From positions 17,980,001 through 18,044,000 of the forward strand of contig OX597828.1 in NCBI GenBank assembly GCA_951406725.2: a DNA stretch of 64,000 bases. Direction: 5' to 3'. Made by a program: the position numbers and the translations under genes. How positions within the stretch are numbered: position 1 is the first letter of the stretch; every line of letters starts with the position of its first letter. The notes under the pieces are model-generated. The model saw only the letters and a list, made by a program, of their open reading frames with translations. It ran no database searches and was not told where the DNA came from. This DNA comes from Octopus vulgaris (taxonomy: Eukaryota). Below are positions 44,070 to 58,297 of the stretch, one piece after another.

Positions 44070-44162
44070 GCAGGTACATTTATGCGCAAATACATATATA
44101 CACACATACATGCATGCATGCATACATACATACATACATACATACATACATACATACATACA

Positions 44163-44193
<31 letters not shown>

Positions 44194-44339
44194 GAATATA
44201 TTGAAACATTGAGACCGAAACTAAGAGTTTGTCTTGCGATATATATTTAAATTTCTTCTGTTTATGACGCATTAATATACATAAAACACCTCCGGATTTT
44301 CTATACAGTAGCCGAATTATGATGTTATAAATATTGAAT

Positions 44340-44480
44340 CGTAGTGGCCTGGTGGATAGAATCCTATGCCTGCGATCATAATATCATGGGTTCAAACACT
44401 GAGTCGGTCAACGCATTAAGTCTTTGAGCAAGGCGCTTTATTTCGCGTCGATCCTCCATACTCGCCTGCAAAAAACCAGT
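44340..44480 (+). mobile_element. SINE family D-like head, degenerate
   Basis: gtggcctggtggatag...gggttcaaacac...tttgagcaaggcgctttatttc. Confidence 0.55.
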
Positions 44481-44512
44481 GATGTTGCAATCGCTGAGCG
44501 TTATATACCTAC

Positions 44513-44623
<111 letters not shown>

Positions 44624-45486
44624 CTCCAGCATGGCCACTGCCTGAACACCGTAAAGGATTAAAAGAATATATATGTATATATAGCCGTAGCTCTGTGGTA
44701 AAACATTTGCTACTGAACCACATTGTTTCGGGTTCAGTTTCATTGCGTGGTAACTTAGGGAAGTGTCTTCTACTATGGTCGCGAGCTGACCAGAGCCTTT
44801 TAAGTGCATTTGACATGCAGAAACTGAAAAAAAGAAGCACATAAATGATAAAAAAAAAATATACATATATGTTCCCCAGGTCTTACGTACAACTGGGTCA
44901 CAATGTAGGAGAACCCACAAAATGTCTGTGTCGGTTCACGGCTACACAGCCACCTAAAACAATTATCGAAAGAACTGTACATATTACCCAGCCATACTCA
45001 TTCGCAGCCACTTTACATATGTGAGATGATATTTATAAATAACAGCGAAACATTCACAGGCAAACCATGAGAATAACAGCCCCGTTTCTACATTTGAAGC
45101 AATTTGCATCCAACCACATCTGTAATCACTAATTATGATGCAAAGCCTCGTGTTAACAAGCTATATGGACCGACTCTCGTGTGCATGTGCGAGCTCTTAA
45201 CAAGACGCGCTAATACATTACAATGAGAGCCAGACGATAGAATTATGAAACACTTGAGTGTGTGAACGAATATTTAATGTTTGTAACATAAAAATATGCT
45301 TTAAAGAAGATTTAGTTTTACTGCAAAAGTATTTACAGTAGTACTGGCTCTATAAATTAATCTCAGTCTATATTTGTTTTGTATTTTATTCTTGTTTTTG
45401 TTTAACGTTTTTTTTATTATTATTTTCTTTCTCACTTTCATTTCTGCACTGTGAGCGAGTCTTTATCGTTCTCCTCCACCTCTCTC

Positions 45487-45561
<75 letters not shown>

Positions 45562-45743
45562 GCATAAATATGTATATGTGTCGCGTGTGTGCGTGTATTC
45601 ATATTAATGTATATATACACACAAATATACATAAATACATAAATTTACTTCTAAATATATATGTACGCATAATGTATCTTCTGCATACTATATGAATAAT
45701 ACACTATATATACATACACACACACACACATATATATATATAA

Positions 45744-45774
<31 letters not shown>

Positions 45775-45892
45775 GACACACACACACATACATGTGTATG
45801 TATATATATATATATATACATATACATAAATACATACACATACACATATATATGTATGTAAATATATGTACATATATAGAGATACATACATA

Positions 45893-45950
<58 letters not shown>

Positions 45951-46534
45951 ACATCAGATATCATATGTTACATATATTCTTTATTATTTCGTATGAAAAC
46001 CTAACTTTCTTTTTAGGCTTGGAGCATATTCACTGAAATAATAGTGGATTAGATGTAAAAATATGAATAAAAGTATTTTTAAACAATATTCACTATTCAA
46101 CAAGGAGTTTCTTTTCTACTTTTCTACGTATGGACCACTAACAGGATTACCAAAACCAAAACTATTACTATGTGTTTGTTTGTTATCACTCATCTCTGAA
46201 GCCTCGAGAAACTCGAATATATAACTTTTCAACAAGTTGCTCAGTTACAAATCAACTATAAATAATACCGAAGAAATACCGAATACATTATCGGTCCGAT
46301 CACACCAGGGAGACTTCCGTCTTTGTGTCTGCCGTATTATAAGCAGTAATCTTACAATCGCGAAAGGAATAATCTTTTTTTTTTTGGTCTTTTTCTATTT
46401 TAATGCGGGGCCCATTATAAATCTCTAATAATGATGCATTTTCGAAAATTCGTTTAACCATTCAGTTTCAATTTTCTCATTGGTTCAAAATTACGACCAA
46501 AAACGAGTCCATTTTCTTTCTCCTTTGAAATATT

Positions 46535-46955
46535 GATTTCAAATTTTTACCACAAGGCCAGCAATTTTGGTGGAGGGTTAAGTCGATAACATCAACCCCA
46601 ATGCTATACTGGTACTTATTTTATTGACTCCGAAACGATGAAAGACAAAGATGACTTCGATGGAATTTGAACTCAGCAATTGATGTCAGACGAAATGCTA
46701 CTAACGGTTCTGCAAGCTCATCGCAATTTATCTTTTGAAATATCCGTTTCTAATCTAGGCACAAGGCCCAAAATTTTAAAGGAGGGGTCCAGTCGATTAG
46801 GTCGACCACAGTACACAACTGGTATTTAACTAATCGACTCCGGCAGGATGAAAGGCAAAGTCGAGTTCAGTGGAATTTGAACGCAGAACGTAAAGACAGA
46901 CGAAATACCACTAAGAATTTTGCCCGGCATGCTAACGGTTCTGCCAACTGATCGC
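46535..46955 (-). mobile_element. Two tandem family B SINEs
   Basis: cacaaggcc...gtcgat...ggaatttgaa...ctaacggttctgc occurs twice. Confidence 0.8.
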
Positions 46956-47136
46956 ATTTTACCTTTGGAAATATTAACATTACTGTAGTCCTAATGGTGT
47001 CATGGCTGTCTAACTTGCCACATTCTAGTGGTCAGGTTTCGTGGGTGAGATGGCCTACCTCATTCTGCTAAAGGGTATTTTACCCGAAATTTTATGACTT
47101 ATAATTTGCATTCGAGGAGTGCTGGATGAAATATAT

Positions 47137-47454
47137 CATCGTGATCACCGTGACCAACCAGGCTATTAGATGTTGTTACACATCGCTGGCTACAATGCGC
47201 TTCGCATTGTTTTAGCCTTCAAATGACGCCACCCCGCTGGCTAAGCGAGCAAGCCAAGAGAAGAAAGAGTGAGAGAAAGTTGTGGCGAAAGAGTACAGCA
47301 GGGATCGCCATCCCCCCCCCCCTGCTGGAGCCTCGTGGAGCTTTAGGTGTTTTCGCTCAATAAACACTCACAACGCCCGGTCTGGGAATCGAAACCGCGA
47401 TCCTACAACCGCGAGTCCGCTGCCCTAGCCACTAGGCCATTGCGCTTCCACGGT
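47137..47454 (-). mobile_element. SINE family C, full length with 10-bp TSD
   Basis: TSD tgaaatatat at 47127-47136 and 47455-47464. The tRNA-like head is complete. Confidence 0.9.
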
Positions 47455-47845
47455 TGAAATATATATGGCACGAAAAGTAAAGGACCTTAGCAAGACAAAA
47501 TTCTCTTAAATACTGGATTTCACTATTAGTATTAACCAAGACTGCGTAAATGCAGTCAACTTACTATCGATCAATGAGATTATTGTCCTTATAATAAATA
47601 TGTGAATATAAACTTGGTGTTACAACTCAATAGCGATTTGAAGCAGGACTTTCAGCTTATAAGAACTAAAATCGTAGGCAGACAAAAATCTGTAGAACAG
47701 CTTTCGAGGTTCAACATACAAAACGAAGCCGTTTCATTTTCGACCAAATTCAATACACAACTCATTTCCAACACATATCCTCGCGGTTACGAGATAATTA
47801 GTCTCACTGTCAACATACGAAATTCGTGAAGTATGTTATTGTAGA

Positions 47846-48238
47846 CTAGCAGTATCGCCCGGCGTTGCTCGGGTTTGTAAGGGAAATAACTATAAAGCAT
47901 TTTTAGAGAGTTATAGCCAAAAAACAGTAAAATATGCATTAAAAATGGAAAAAAAAATATGGTAATTTTTTTTAAATCGTTGACTCATCGTAGACATTTT
48001 TAGAGAGTTACTTCCCTTTATTTAAAAAATATGCTTTAAAATGGAAAAAATTATGGTAAATTATTTTTAAAATCGTAGACTCATCGTAGACGCGCGCTAA
48101 TACCCAGAAGGGCTCGATATGAATCACGACTATAAGATACCCGGTTTTGGTTAAACTGCACCGCAAAATGCGGGAGTAGTTAGGAATCTAAATCGTAGCA
48201 GACAGACATTCACACAACTTCACTTTTATATATATAGA
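47846..48238 (-). mobile_element. Non-autonomous Helitron
   Basis: A|TC...CTAG|T termini. The 3' hairpin and about 100-bp terminal segment are shared with 33477-33858. Confidence 0.88.
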
Positions 48239-48490
48239 TATTCTCGAAGCAGCAGAAACAAGTTTAAATTATTGGAATGATTTTTGAGTTTAAATTATAG
48301 TACAAACGGTGTAACATAAGACAGGACCGCGTACCTACCGTTTTCTCTTTTCCTGTCGAAAACGGTGATGTGTTTATGCTAGGTTTCTGTTTTCCCATTG
48401 CACTTCGTTTCTTATGATTATATATGTGTGTATATATGTATATATATATATATTGTATATAATATTTATGTGTAAATATATATACATGTA

Positions 48491-48560
48491 TATCCTGAAG
48501 ATTGACTGTAACCATAACTCGAATTATTACAAATTGGACAGCCATGAAACGATCGTAGTG
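48491..48560 (+). ncRNA. Hammerhead-like motif, stem I disrupted
   Basis: CUGAAGA-UUGACUGU...ACAGCCAU-GAAA-CGAUCG-UA. Confidence 0.55.
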
Positions 48561-48764
48561 TTTTACTCATTATCTTTTATTAAACATTTAATAATTTTGA
48601 TATATATTTAAAATAATATAAATTAATTAATTTTATGTATTGGCTTAAGTTTTTCATTGTTTGATTTGCCTAATAGTGGTTTTATCTCTAATTTAATATA
48701 ATATATGTATATATATATATACACGCATATATATACATATATATATATATACATATATATATAT

Positions 48765-49172
48765 GCGCAGGATTGGCTGTGTGGTAAGTAGCTTGCTTAC
48801 CAACCGTATGATTCCGGGTTCAGTCCCTCTGCATGGCACCTTGGGCAAGTGTCTTCTACTATTGTGAGTGGATCTGGTAGACGGAGGCTGAAAGAAGCCC
48901 GTCGTATATAGGTGTATATATGTGAATGTGTGTGTGTGTTTGTGTGTTTGTGTGTGCGCGCGTGTGTGTGTGTATGTTTGTGTTTGTCTCCCACCATCAC
49001 TTGACAACCGATGCTGGTGTATTTACGTGCCCGTAACTTAGCGGTTCGACAGAAGATACCGATAGAATAAGGCTTACAAAGAATAAGTCCTGGGGGTCGA
49101 TTTGCTTGACTAAACGCAGTGCTCCAGCATGGCCGCTGTCAAATGACTGAAACAAGTAAAATATTAAAAGTA
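48765..49172 (+). mobile_element. SINE family A
   Basis: Family match. Confidence 0.9.
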
Positions 49173-49369
49173 AATATATATATATATATTTACACACACA
49201 CACACACAATCAGAAATATATAGTTACATACTTACACACATATACATGTATTTATAATCATATCATTATGCATATGCACACATGTATATATTTATACATG
49301 TTTCAATGTACATGCGCATATTTATGTGCATTCAATGTACATGTGCATCATGGACTCTCCCGTCGTTAG

Positions 49370-49645
49370 ATGACGTATGGAGGTTCGGCAAATTCTTGTC
49401 GAACAACCGCACATGATTTGTTTATAGTCATTAAATGTTTGTATAGATATAAGCTTATTCCTTCCATCAAATCGACATTACCTGTACAGATGCACCATGT
49501 GACACATGTCACATGACGAAATGACCTCAGAGTAACGTGGAATAAAGTGCTTAGCTCAAGAACACAACGCAACGCCCGGTATGGGAATCGAACCAACGGT
49601 ATCGCAATCGTGAGTGCAACACCCTAACCACTAAGCCATACACCC
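49370..49645 (-). mobile_element. SINE family D
   Basis: Reverse complement has ggcttagtggttaggg...ggttcgattccc...gttgtgttcttgagctaagcactttattcc. Confidence 0.7.
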
Positions 49646-49657
49646 TTATCTCTCTCA

Positions 49658-50263
49658 GCGTAGGAGTGGCCGTGTGGTAAGTAGCTTCTTTACGAACCAC
49701 ATGGTTCCGGGTTCATTCCCTCTGCGTGTCACATTGGGCAAGTGTCTTCTGCTATAGCCTGGAGCCGACCAAAGTGGTGTGAATGGATTTGGTAGACGGA
49801 AACTGAAAGAAGCCCATCGTATATATGTATATATATATATTTATTATATAGAAGGAGCTTCTACAGGACTGGAACTGTTTCATTCAAGAGAAATCTTCAG
49901 GAAGCTTCCTGAAGATTTCTCTTGAATGAAACAGTTCTAGTCCTGTAGAAGCTCCTTCTATATAATAAATTAATTTTACTCTGCTATGTATTGAGTACCT
50001 TATTTACTGTGGTTAACCCCGAATCAACCCGGGACCTACATATGTATATATATATATATATGTGTGTGTGTGTATATGCTTGTTTGCCTGTGTTTTTTCC
50101 CCGCAACATCGCTTGACAACCGATGTTGGTGTGTTTACGTCTCCGTAACTTAGCGGTTCGGCAAAAGTCCGATAAAATAAGTAATAGGTTTACAAAGAAT
50201 AAGTCGTGGGGTCGATTTGCTCGACTTCTTACATGACTATAACAAGTAAAAGCGTAAAAGAGT
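49658..50263 (+). mobile_element. SINE family A hosting a palindromic insert in its microsatellite
   Basis: The two halves flank 49839-50040. Confidence 0.85.
49839..49970. ncRNA. 132-bp palindrome encoding two opposed hammerhead ribozyme motifs
   Basis: 66-bp arms, no spacer, one mismatch. The + strand 49903-49953 reads AGCUUC-CUGAAGA-U-UUC-UCUU-GAA-U-GAAA-CAG-UUCUAGUC-CUG-UA-GAAGCU. The mirror copy is on the - strand at 49856-49906. Confidence 0.8.
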
Positions 50264-50282
50264 ATATATATTCACATATATT

Positions 50283-50354
<72 letters not shown>

Positions 50355-50363
50355 CATATACAG

Positions 50364-50399
<36 letters not shown>

Positions 50400-50455
50400 C
50401 TTATTAGCAATTTAGCAAGCGAAAGACAAAATTATAGACGGCACTAAAGTGACAA

Positions 50456-50759
<304 letters not shown>

Positions 50760-50944
50760 ATGCTATTTTTACTCTTTTGCTTTTTTCAGCCATTTGACTG
50801 TGGCCATGCTGTAGCACCGATACATATATATATATATATAGTCGAGCAAATCGATCCCATAACTTATTCTTTGTATATGAATATATATATATATGAATAT
50901 ATTCTTTGTATATGAATATATGTATATATATGTGTGTGTGTGTG

Positions 50945-50976
<32 letters not shown>

Positions 50977-50984
50977 CATATTTA

Positions 50985-51094
<110 letters not shown>

Positions 51095-52149
51095 CAAATA
51101 ATTTCTTTTACATATAAAAGTGCGTCTGTCTCTTTGTCTGTATCTCTGTCTGTATGTCTTTACGTATGAATACAAAAAGGGTGAGTGAAATATTGATGGA
51201 TTTGTAAGAGAGAGTAAGCGAGTGGGAAAGCGAGTTACTTTCAAGGATGCGGTGTCTGGTGTACATTTTATTCGACGTCTGACATAGAGTACACATGGAA
51301 CTATTAACTCCATGCACATTTACAAGAACGCAGATATGTATACTTATATTTATGTGTGCTGTGTGTGTGTGTGGCGGGGTATAAAACTATGAGTGTGTTG
51401 AGGAGAAGACAAACATACAGAGAAATGTATATACTCATAAATTCTTTCCGTTTCTACTCCAAGTCTGTCCATCCGTAAAACATTTTGCCGGGAAAATATT
51501 ATTGTTTCGAATACTTCAATTACATGTGAGCCGCATATTCGCTTGTTTTACTCTTATCTCTTACATCTTGTAATGCACTCTCAAAATAATGTCCACTGCA
51601 GCTATAAGTATAATCCGCTGTAAGATTAGGGGTCAAACATGGTAAGAGCCATCATGTCACTAGCCTGAATATATACTACTCTAGATATTTATTCTCATGC
51701 CTACATTGTGAGAGAATTTCTTACGTACTAATTTTTTTATTCTTTATGAAATAAAGTCGAATTCATATTGTCGAATGTATGCATTGCTCCGCTAGACAAA
51801 GAACTCCTAGTTATCAAAAAAATGTAGATTACTGAACCATTTTCCGCAAATATGTAGCAGGTTTAACACTAGTACAGTGCATTGCTGGTTTCATGTTCGA
51901 CCCACTCTATGGTACATTGAGCCTGTACAATGAACAGATGGAAACACATCTTGTGATTAAAATTTGGTTGGCAAAAATTACGCTGCTGCAGAATGACTGA
52001 TAGTGAGTCCAGGTTCGTGGGTAGAGGACGTATTCCGTCGACGCATTAACGCCATCACCTCTATTTGGTTGGCTTCGGCAAAGTCAACGTTGATTCAAAT
52101 ATTCGGAACAGAATACCTTAAGAATTGTAGTTTCTTCCCGCTTCCACCC

Positions 52150-52495
52150 CTTTCAGTTTGAGGATCACCAGAGAAAAGGTCATGAGCACTTCACGTCCCT
52201 TTCTAGCTTAATCATAAAAAAGAACACTTCTCCACCCTACAAAGGAGAAGAGCTTTTCATCCTCTATTGACATAATAGGCGGTGATTTTAACTTTAGACC
52301 AGCATATTCTTGAATTATCGATAGAGTTCTCCTTCAAGCAACAGAAGTATATCGACGTAGCAGTTATTTTGCTTCTATACTGGAAAAAGTGGTTGCTGTG
52401 TGCGTATCTGCATTTCAAGGTATTCACTGTTAATCCGATATAATTTATTTTGGATGCCATGTACAGTGTGAGACATCGTGAGACATTGGCCATTT
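52150..52495 (-). pseudogene. Penelope-like element GIY-YIG endonuclease fragment
   Basis: YIGLTVNTLKCRY..H..F...TSIY...LKENSI...ICWS, followed after a stop by LLCRVEK. This is the typical C-terminal PLE endonuclease pattern. Confidence 0.75.
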
Positions 52496-52911
52496 AGAAT
52501 ACGGAATGTTTCATTGCTTGACTCGCTATGCTGAATGTTGGCTTCATCTTATCCCTCAATGTATGTACATATAACAGTTTGTAACCTACATGTATGTATG
52601 GATGGATGTATGTAGATAAATAGATATTGGATATATACACGCATACATACATGTAAATATATATATACACATATATTTGTATAGGCGCACACACACACAT
52701 ACATATGCGTAGATGTAGATATACCGAAACAGAGAGAGAGAGAGAGAATGAGTGAGACAGAGAGGCAGGCAGATGGACAGACATAAATAGAAGCAGACAG
52801 GATATGTGTCGCAAGATATAACGCTCAAGTTGATTTAACAAAACAATTTCATAATATATAGTATAAAAATTTATGAACAAACGGCCCCCACTTTCTCTCC
52901 TCCCTCTTTAA

Positions 52912-52981
<70 letters not shown>

Positions 52982-53633
52982 GTATGTATGTCTGCCTGTC
53001 TTTGTTATCTGTCTTCTCATCTGCCTTATCTTGAATATCCCCCAAATGTATGCAAAATACGCGGATAAAATGAATCCAGTAGCTGGTGAGTAAATGGACG
53101 AATTTGCTGAGCTTACGGTAGGTGAAAATCTACAACCAAAAATCTGCTATAATGCAAAGTTATAATGATGATGAACACCAAGAAAGATATTAACAGAACA
53201 AAAAAATTGAGTCAACAAGATGTAGGCAATCTAATGACAGAGTTACCATCTAATGGTATTCTAACACAGGCGGCACACACACACGAGTATGTGATATAAT
53301 TGATACAGGAAATTAAATGCCGTAGGGCCTTGAAAACCGCTTGTATTCCTCCTCGTGTATCCCTAGTAGTGTGACTCTGAAATCCCAGACATTTGGTATC
53401 AAAGTCTACAGTAACTAATTCATAATATTAAATGATTAAATTTATATTTGGTTTGGGATTAACACTGCGGTTTGTTTGATTAATAATTTTGTTTCTTTTA
53501 CAAAGAACGCATTAATTAACTTGAAATATGTATACTCATGTATTTTATTGAATGATTTAATTTTTGTTTAATTAAAGTTTCTGGAAGAGCAAAATGCTAT
53601 AGAGACACGGAAAATATAACTGGGTGTATTATA

Positions 53634-53665
<32 letters not shown>

Positions 53666-53744
53666 CTATTTAGATAATTATATATATATATATATATATA
53701 TATCGTGTTTTAACGCAACACCCACATATTCCTATTTCGATATG

Positions 53745-53799
<55 letters not shown>

Positions 53800-53919
53800 A
53801 TACATACATACAGTTTTTTAGTATTAATATAAAGGGGATTTTTTTAAGGAAATTGTTTTTTAAAAAGGTTAAATATTTTATCAAGACGTTATAACATCCT
53901 GATTTTAAAAGAAAATCCC

Positions 53920-53964
<45 letters not shown>

Positions 53965-54179
53965 CTTATATATGTAGTTAATACCCCTAAAAAACGAAGA
54001 AAAGACGAGAAAAAACAACAAAACGAAGACGTGGTACATGCAAAGTATTAGCAGACGTTCAGGGAAAGAAAGCAAGGTAGTTTTACGTTTCCAGCAAATC
54101 TCTTCTTTAGAAACAAAAGGCCGAGGAAAGTCCAAGAGAAAAGGAAGTCTGGGGGAAATAATCTCCACCGATCCACATA

Positions 54180-54612
54180 GGCGTAGGAGTGGATGTGTGC
54201 TAAGTAACTTGCTTACGAACCACATGGTTCCGGGTTCAGTCCCACTGCGTGGCACCTTGGGCAGGAGTCTTCTACTATAGCCTCGGGCCGACCAAAGCCT
54301 TGTGTGTGTATTTGGTAGACGGAAACTGAAAGAAGCCCGTCGTATATATGTATGTATGTGTGTTTGTGTGTGTGTTTGTGCATGTGTGTCTGTGTATGTG
54401 CGTGTTTGCGTGTCTGTGTTTATCCCACCAACATCGCTTGAGAAACAATGGTGGTATGTTTACGTCCCCGTAACTTAGCGGTTGGCAAAACAGACCGATA
54501 GAATAATTACTTGGCTTACAAAGAATAAGTCTTGGGGTCGATTCGCTCGACTAAAGGCGGTGCTCCAGAATGCCCACAGTCAAATGACTGAAACAAGTAA
54601 AGAAAAAAGAGT
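54180..54612 (+). mobile_element. SINE family A, full length
   Basis: Family match. Confidence 0.92.
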
Positions 54613-54616
54613 ATAA

Positions 54617-54658
<42 letters not shown>

Positions 54659-55032
54659 TTGTGTCATTATTCAGTTTATTTCAAGATTTATTGCTAATAG
54701 AGAAAGAACCGGTTTCTAACCTAGATCCAAGGTTCCTTTGGAATTTCAACATCAACATGTTATTTTTGTATGTATGTATGTATGCTTAGACAAATTTCAA
54801 AGCGCATTTGGAGAAATGGTTTTAAGATAACAGATGAAACCTCGTCAGAGCAGCAGACACAATGAAGAGCAGTTCCGTCCGTCCAGCTTGCTACTTCACC
54901 AAAAACAGTAAAGAAAAGGAGCATAAACTCACTGAAAGACGCTACTCCAGAATATATGTATGACCTTGTGTGTGTGTGTGTGTGTGTGAGTGTGTGTGTG
55001 GATGTGTATATATGTATATATATAAAATGCAT

Positions 55033-55263
55033 AGGCGGCGAGCTGGCAGACACGTTAGCGCGCCGGGCGAAATGCTTAGCGGTATTTCGTCTGACGTTAC
55101 GTTCTGAGTTCAAATTCCGCCGAGGTCGACTTTGCCTTTCATCCTTTCGTGGTCGATAAATAAAGTACCAGTTTCGCACTGGGGTCGATGTAATCTACTT
55201 AATCCTTTTGTCTGTCTTTGTTTGTCCCCTCTATGTTTAGCCCCTTGTGGGTAGTAAAGAAAT
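55033..55263 (+). mobile_element. SINE family B, full length; a family A 3' half follows at about 55300-55510
   Basis: Family match. Confidence 0.92.
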
Positions 55264-55545
55264 GTATATATGTATATATGTGTGTGTGTGCGCGTGTGTA
55301 TTTCTTTGTGTTTGTCTCACCGCCATCACTTGACACCGATATTGGTGTATTTACGTCCCAGTAACTTAGAGGTTTGGCAAGAGTGACCGATAGAATAAGT
55401 ACTAGCCTTACAAAGAATAAGTCCTGGGGGGAAGTGCTGGGGATGATTTGTTCGACTGAAGGCTGTCCTTCGGTATGGCCGTTGTCAGATAACTGGAATA
55501 AGTAAAAGAATAACGGAATAAAAGAACATACGAACATATATACAT

Positions 55546-55604
<59 letters not shown>

Positions 55605-56194
55605 GTGCGCGCGCGCGTGTGTGTGTGTGCGCGCGTGTGTGCATGTGTGTGTATAAACTGACGAAATCAAGCTTGGAATGTTGACGCATGAAGCACATAT
55701 ACAAATGTAAAACAAGTAAATAACAAGTAAAACAAAAATACATGCACACACGGAGAGCCGAGTCTGACGTGCCTGCCTTTATGCTTTCCTTTTCTCTTTC
55801 TTTCTGGCTGTCTCTGCCTATCTGTCTCTCTCTCTCTCTCTCTCTCTCATTCTCTCTCTCTCTATTTCTTGCTCTTTTCATTACTCACATACAGACACAC
55901 ACAAATGCACACAGGAATAAGAAGCCGCGTGATAAACAATAACATGTGCAAAAGAATCTCACCCGTACATCAGGAGTCTGAACCGGCACGCATTGCTATG
56001 CGAATGCATGCTCAGGCATAAAATAATTCCTTCCCACACACGGGCGCAATATTCATACATATATACGCATGAAAAAAAGTGTATATCAAAAACTAATATA
56101 AAATAACAGAAATATACTGTAGACTGAATGTAAAAGCATTTTTTAAAGAAATATTTGCTCGTACATAACTCACAGGCATTGAAATCAATTATTA

Positions 56195-56500
56195 AGTTGG
56201 GTGGGATAAAGAAAACGTAGAGAAACATTCACGTAGACGTGCGGCGTGGTGAAGACGATGCGAGGGGAATATAATGTGTTGTTCTTTGCTTGATATTCTT
56301 TGATGCGAGGAAATACCTGCCACCAAGAGATGCTTAGGGGAGTGGCCAAGAATGTGAAATGGTGGTCCACGCGTTGGCACCATGTTGAGAATGTGCTCAA
56401 GGAAGCGATCACACTGACAACGGCGAGTTTCACCAACCTAAATGCACCTGCAGAGCTTGTATGTGCAGCTGAATTTGTGGGTGATTTTGGGAATGCGATT
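56195..56500 (-). pseudogene. Second Penelope-like GIY-YIG endonuclease fragment, different lineage
   Basis: FSCTYKLCRCI*VGETRRCQCDRFLEH...GHS...VAGI...KEQHIIF...LRECFS matches the YVGET.R.L.DRF.EH / GHS / EQ..IF / GLNE pattern. Confidence 0.7.
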
Positions 56501-56639
56501 ACGTCGATGGTTGTATAGTGTTACTGATATAATAACATTTAAAGCGTACGCAGTGAGATTCACTCATTAGTGGCTTATTATGACATAAGTAGCTACAGAA
56601 ATTTTAGCTCAAACATTACAACGATTCTCACCTCTTTCA

Positions 56640-57060
56640 AGGATTCATGTGGTGCAGAAAAATATGACAGGTCTTCATTATTGGGATCGGCTAAAGAAGC
56701 TCCAAAGCTGCCGTGATTTGGAAAATATTCAAACATCATTGCCCAAATGATGTTGGCATTAGTTTTAAAATTCACATAAGGCTTGGTTCCCGTGCAATAC
56801 ATCCTCTACAAAAATCATATTCGTATCACATCGCAACACTAGGACAGAAGTATTTCACCTCAACTGGCCCTGCTCTTTTTACCATCATGCCAAGACATAT
56901 AAGGGTAGAAAAAGATCTCAGATCATACAAAAGGTTCCTGGTTGAAAGACTCCAACAAATTCCAGATAAACAACTTACACCCGGATGTATTTGTAGAACT
57001 CTTTACTCGAATGGCTATGACACCCAAATCATTAAATATCTCTTTCAAGTGTAGCTATTA
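56640..57060 (+). pseudogene. CR1-group LINE ORF2 C-terminal fragment
   Basis: GLHYWDRLKKL, then IWKI....PN...RLG...GPALF..MP..IR....YKRFL...LQQIPDK..TPG. Confidence 0.75.
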
Positions 57061-57866
57061 CGTTTGTCTCGTCCTGGGCCAATCCTAGTTGAGACATATC
57101 TAAGAATCTAAGTTATGGGAACATTGTTTCAAACAAATATGCATTACAGTGTGACAATGGCTAAGTTAAAGCGGTATAACTTTATGGAAACGGTATAAAA
57201 ATATGAGCGTGTAGAAGATTGATAACTGGGGCCAGCAACTGATCGAGCGTAACTTGAACAGAGGGACAATTTCCGTATTTCTTCAGATAAGAAGTTGACA
57301 TCTGATCCGTGTTACATAAATGATGAAGTAGGAATGCTTTTGAGAATGGTAGAGCAGATTTGGAACCTGAAGAATGAGAGATGAAACCTTGAGTACGCAG
57401 TACGTCATTATGCGTCTGTAGAAGCGTTAGATTGGTGGAGGTTGTCGGATTTGAGAAACAGACTCTTGGAAGCGGACGGAAGCCACATACGGAAGAAATC
57501 TATTTCTAGAGTAGAGAAAAACAAGTTAGGGTAAGAAATAAGGTTTCTGAATTGGTGGCTTATGAATTTTGAAGTGCGGTTGCGCTTGTCAATATAACCA
57601 GCGTTTGCTTTGGAATGGGGTCAATGCCCTGCACCAATATCTATCTATACCTCTGTTTCCAGGAATGCAACACGGAAACAATCATTCTATTATCATTTTC
57701 CCAAAATATCGTGTAAGCTTAAATAATGTTAATAAATATTACAGAATATCATTTGCGATTCATTACACAAATGCATATACATGTGCACATACGTATATTT
57801 ATATACGTGTGTATGTATGTGTGAATGTGTATGTGAGTGTGAGAGAGAGACAGTGCGTGTGTAATA

Positions 57867-57908
<42 letters not shown>

Positions 57909-57962
57909 CATACAAACATATATACACATCAGAGTTCATATAATGACTAGGGATAGACAATA

Positions 57963-58097
57963 CAAATTCCGCCGAGGTCGACTTTGCCTTTCACCCTTTC
58001 CGGGTCGATAAATTAAGTAGCAGCAAAACACTGGTCTCGATGTTATCGACTTAACACCTCCCTCATAATATCTGACTTTGTGCCTCCTGTACAAAAG

Positions 58098-58098
<1 letters not shown>
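57963..58098 (+). mobile_element. Family B SINE, 5'-truncated, followed by an (ATT)n/(ATC)n tract to 58297
   Basis: caaattccgccgaggtcgactttgcc core. Confidence 0.8.
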
Positions 58099-58183
<85 letters not shown>

Positions 58184-58226
58184 CATAATTATTATCATCA
58201 TAATTATTATTATCAATATTATTATT

Positions 58227-58297
<71 letters not shown>

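Noticed and set aside
57363-57400. CTGAAGA...GAAA...GTA
   Set aside because: Stem II is only 2 bp and stem I does not form.
57130-57700. Possible decayed LINE ORF on the minus strand
   Set aside because: The composition is suggestive but no motif was recognised.
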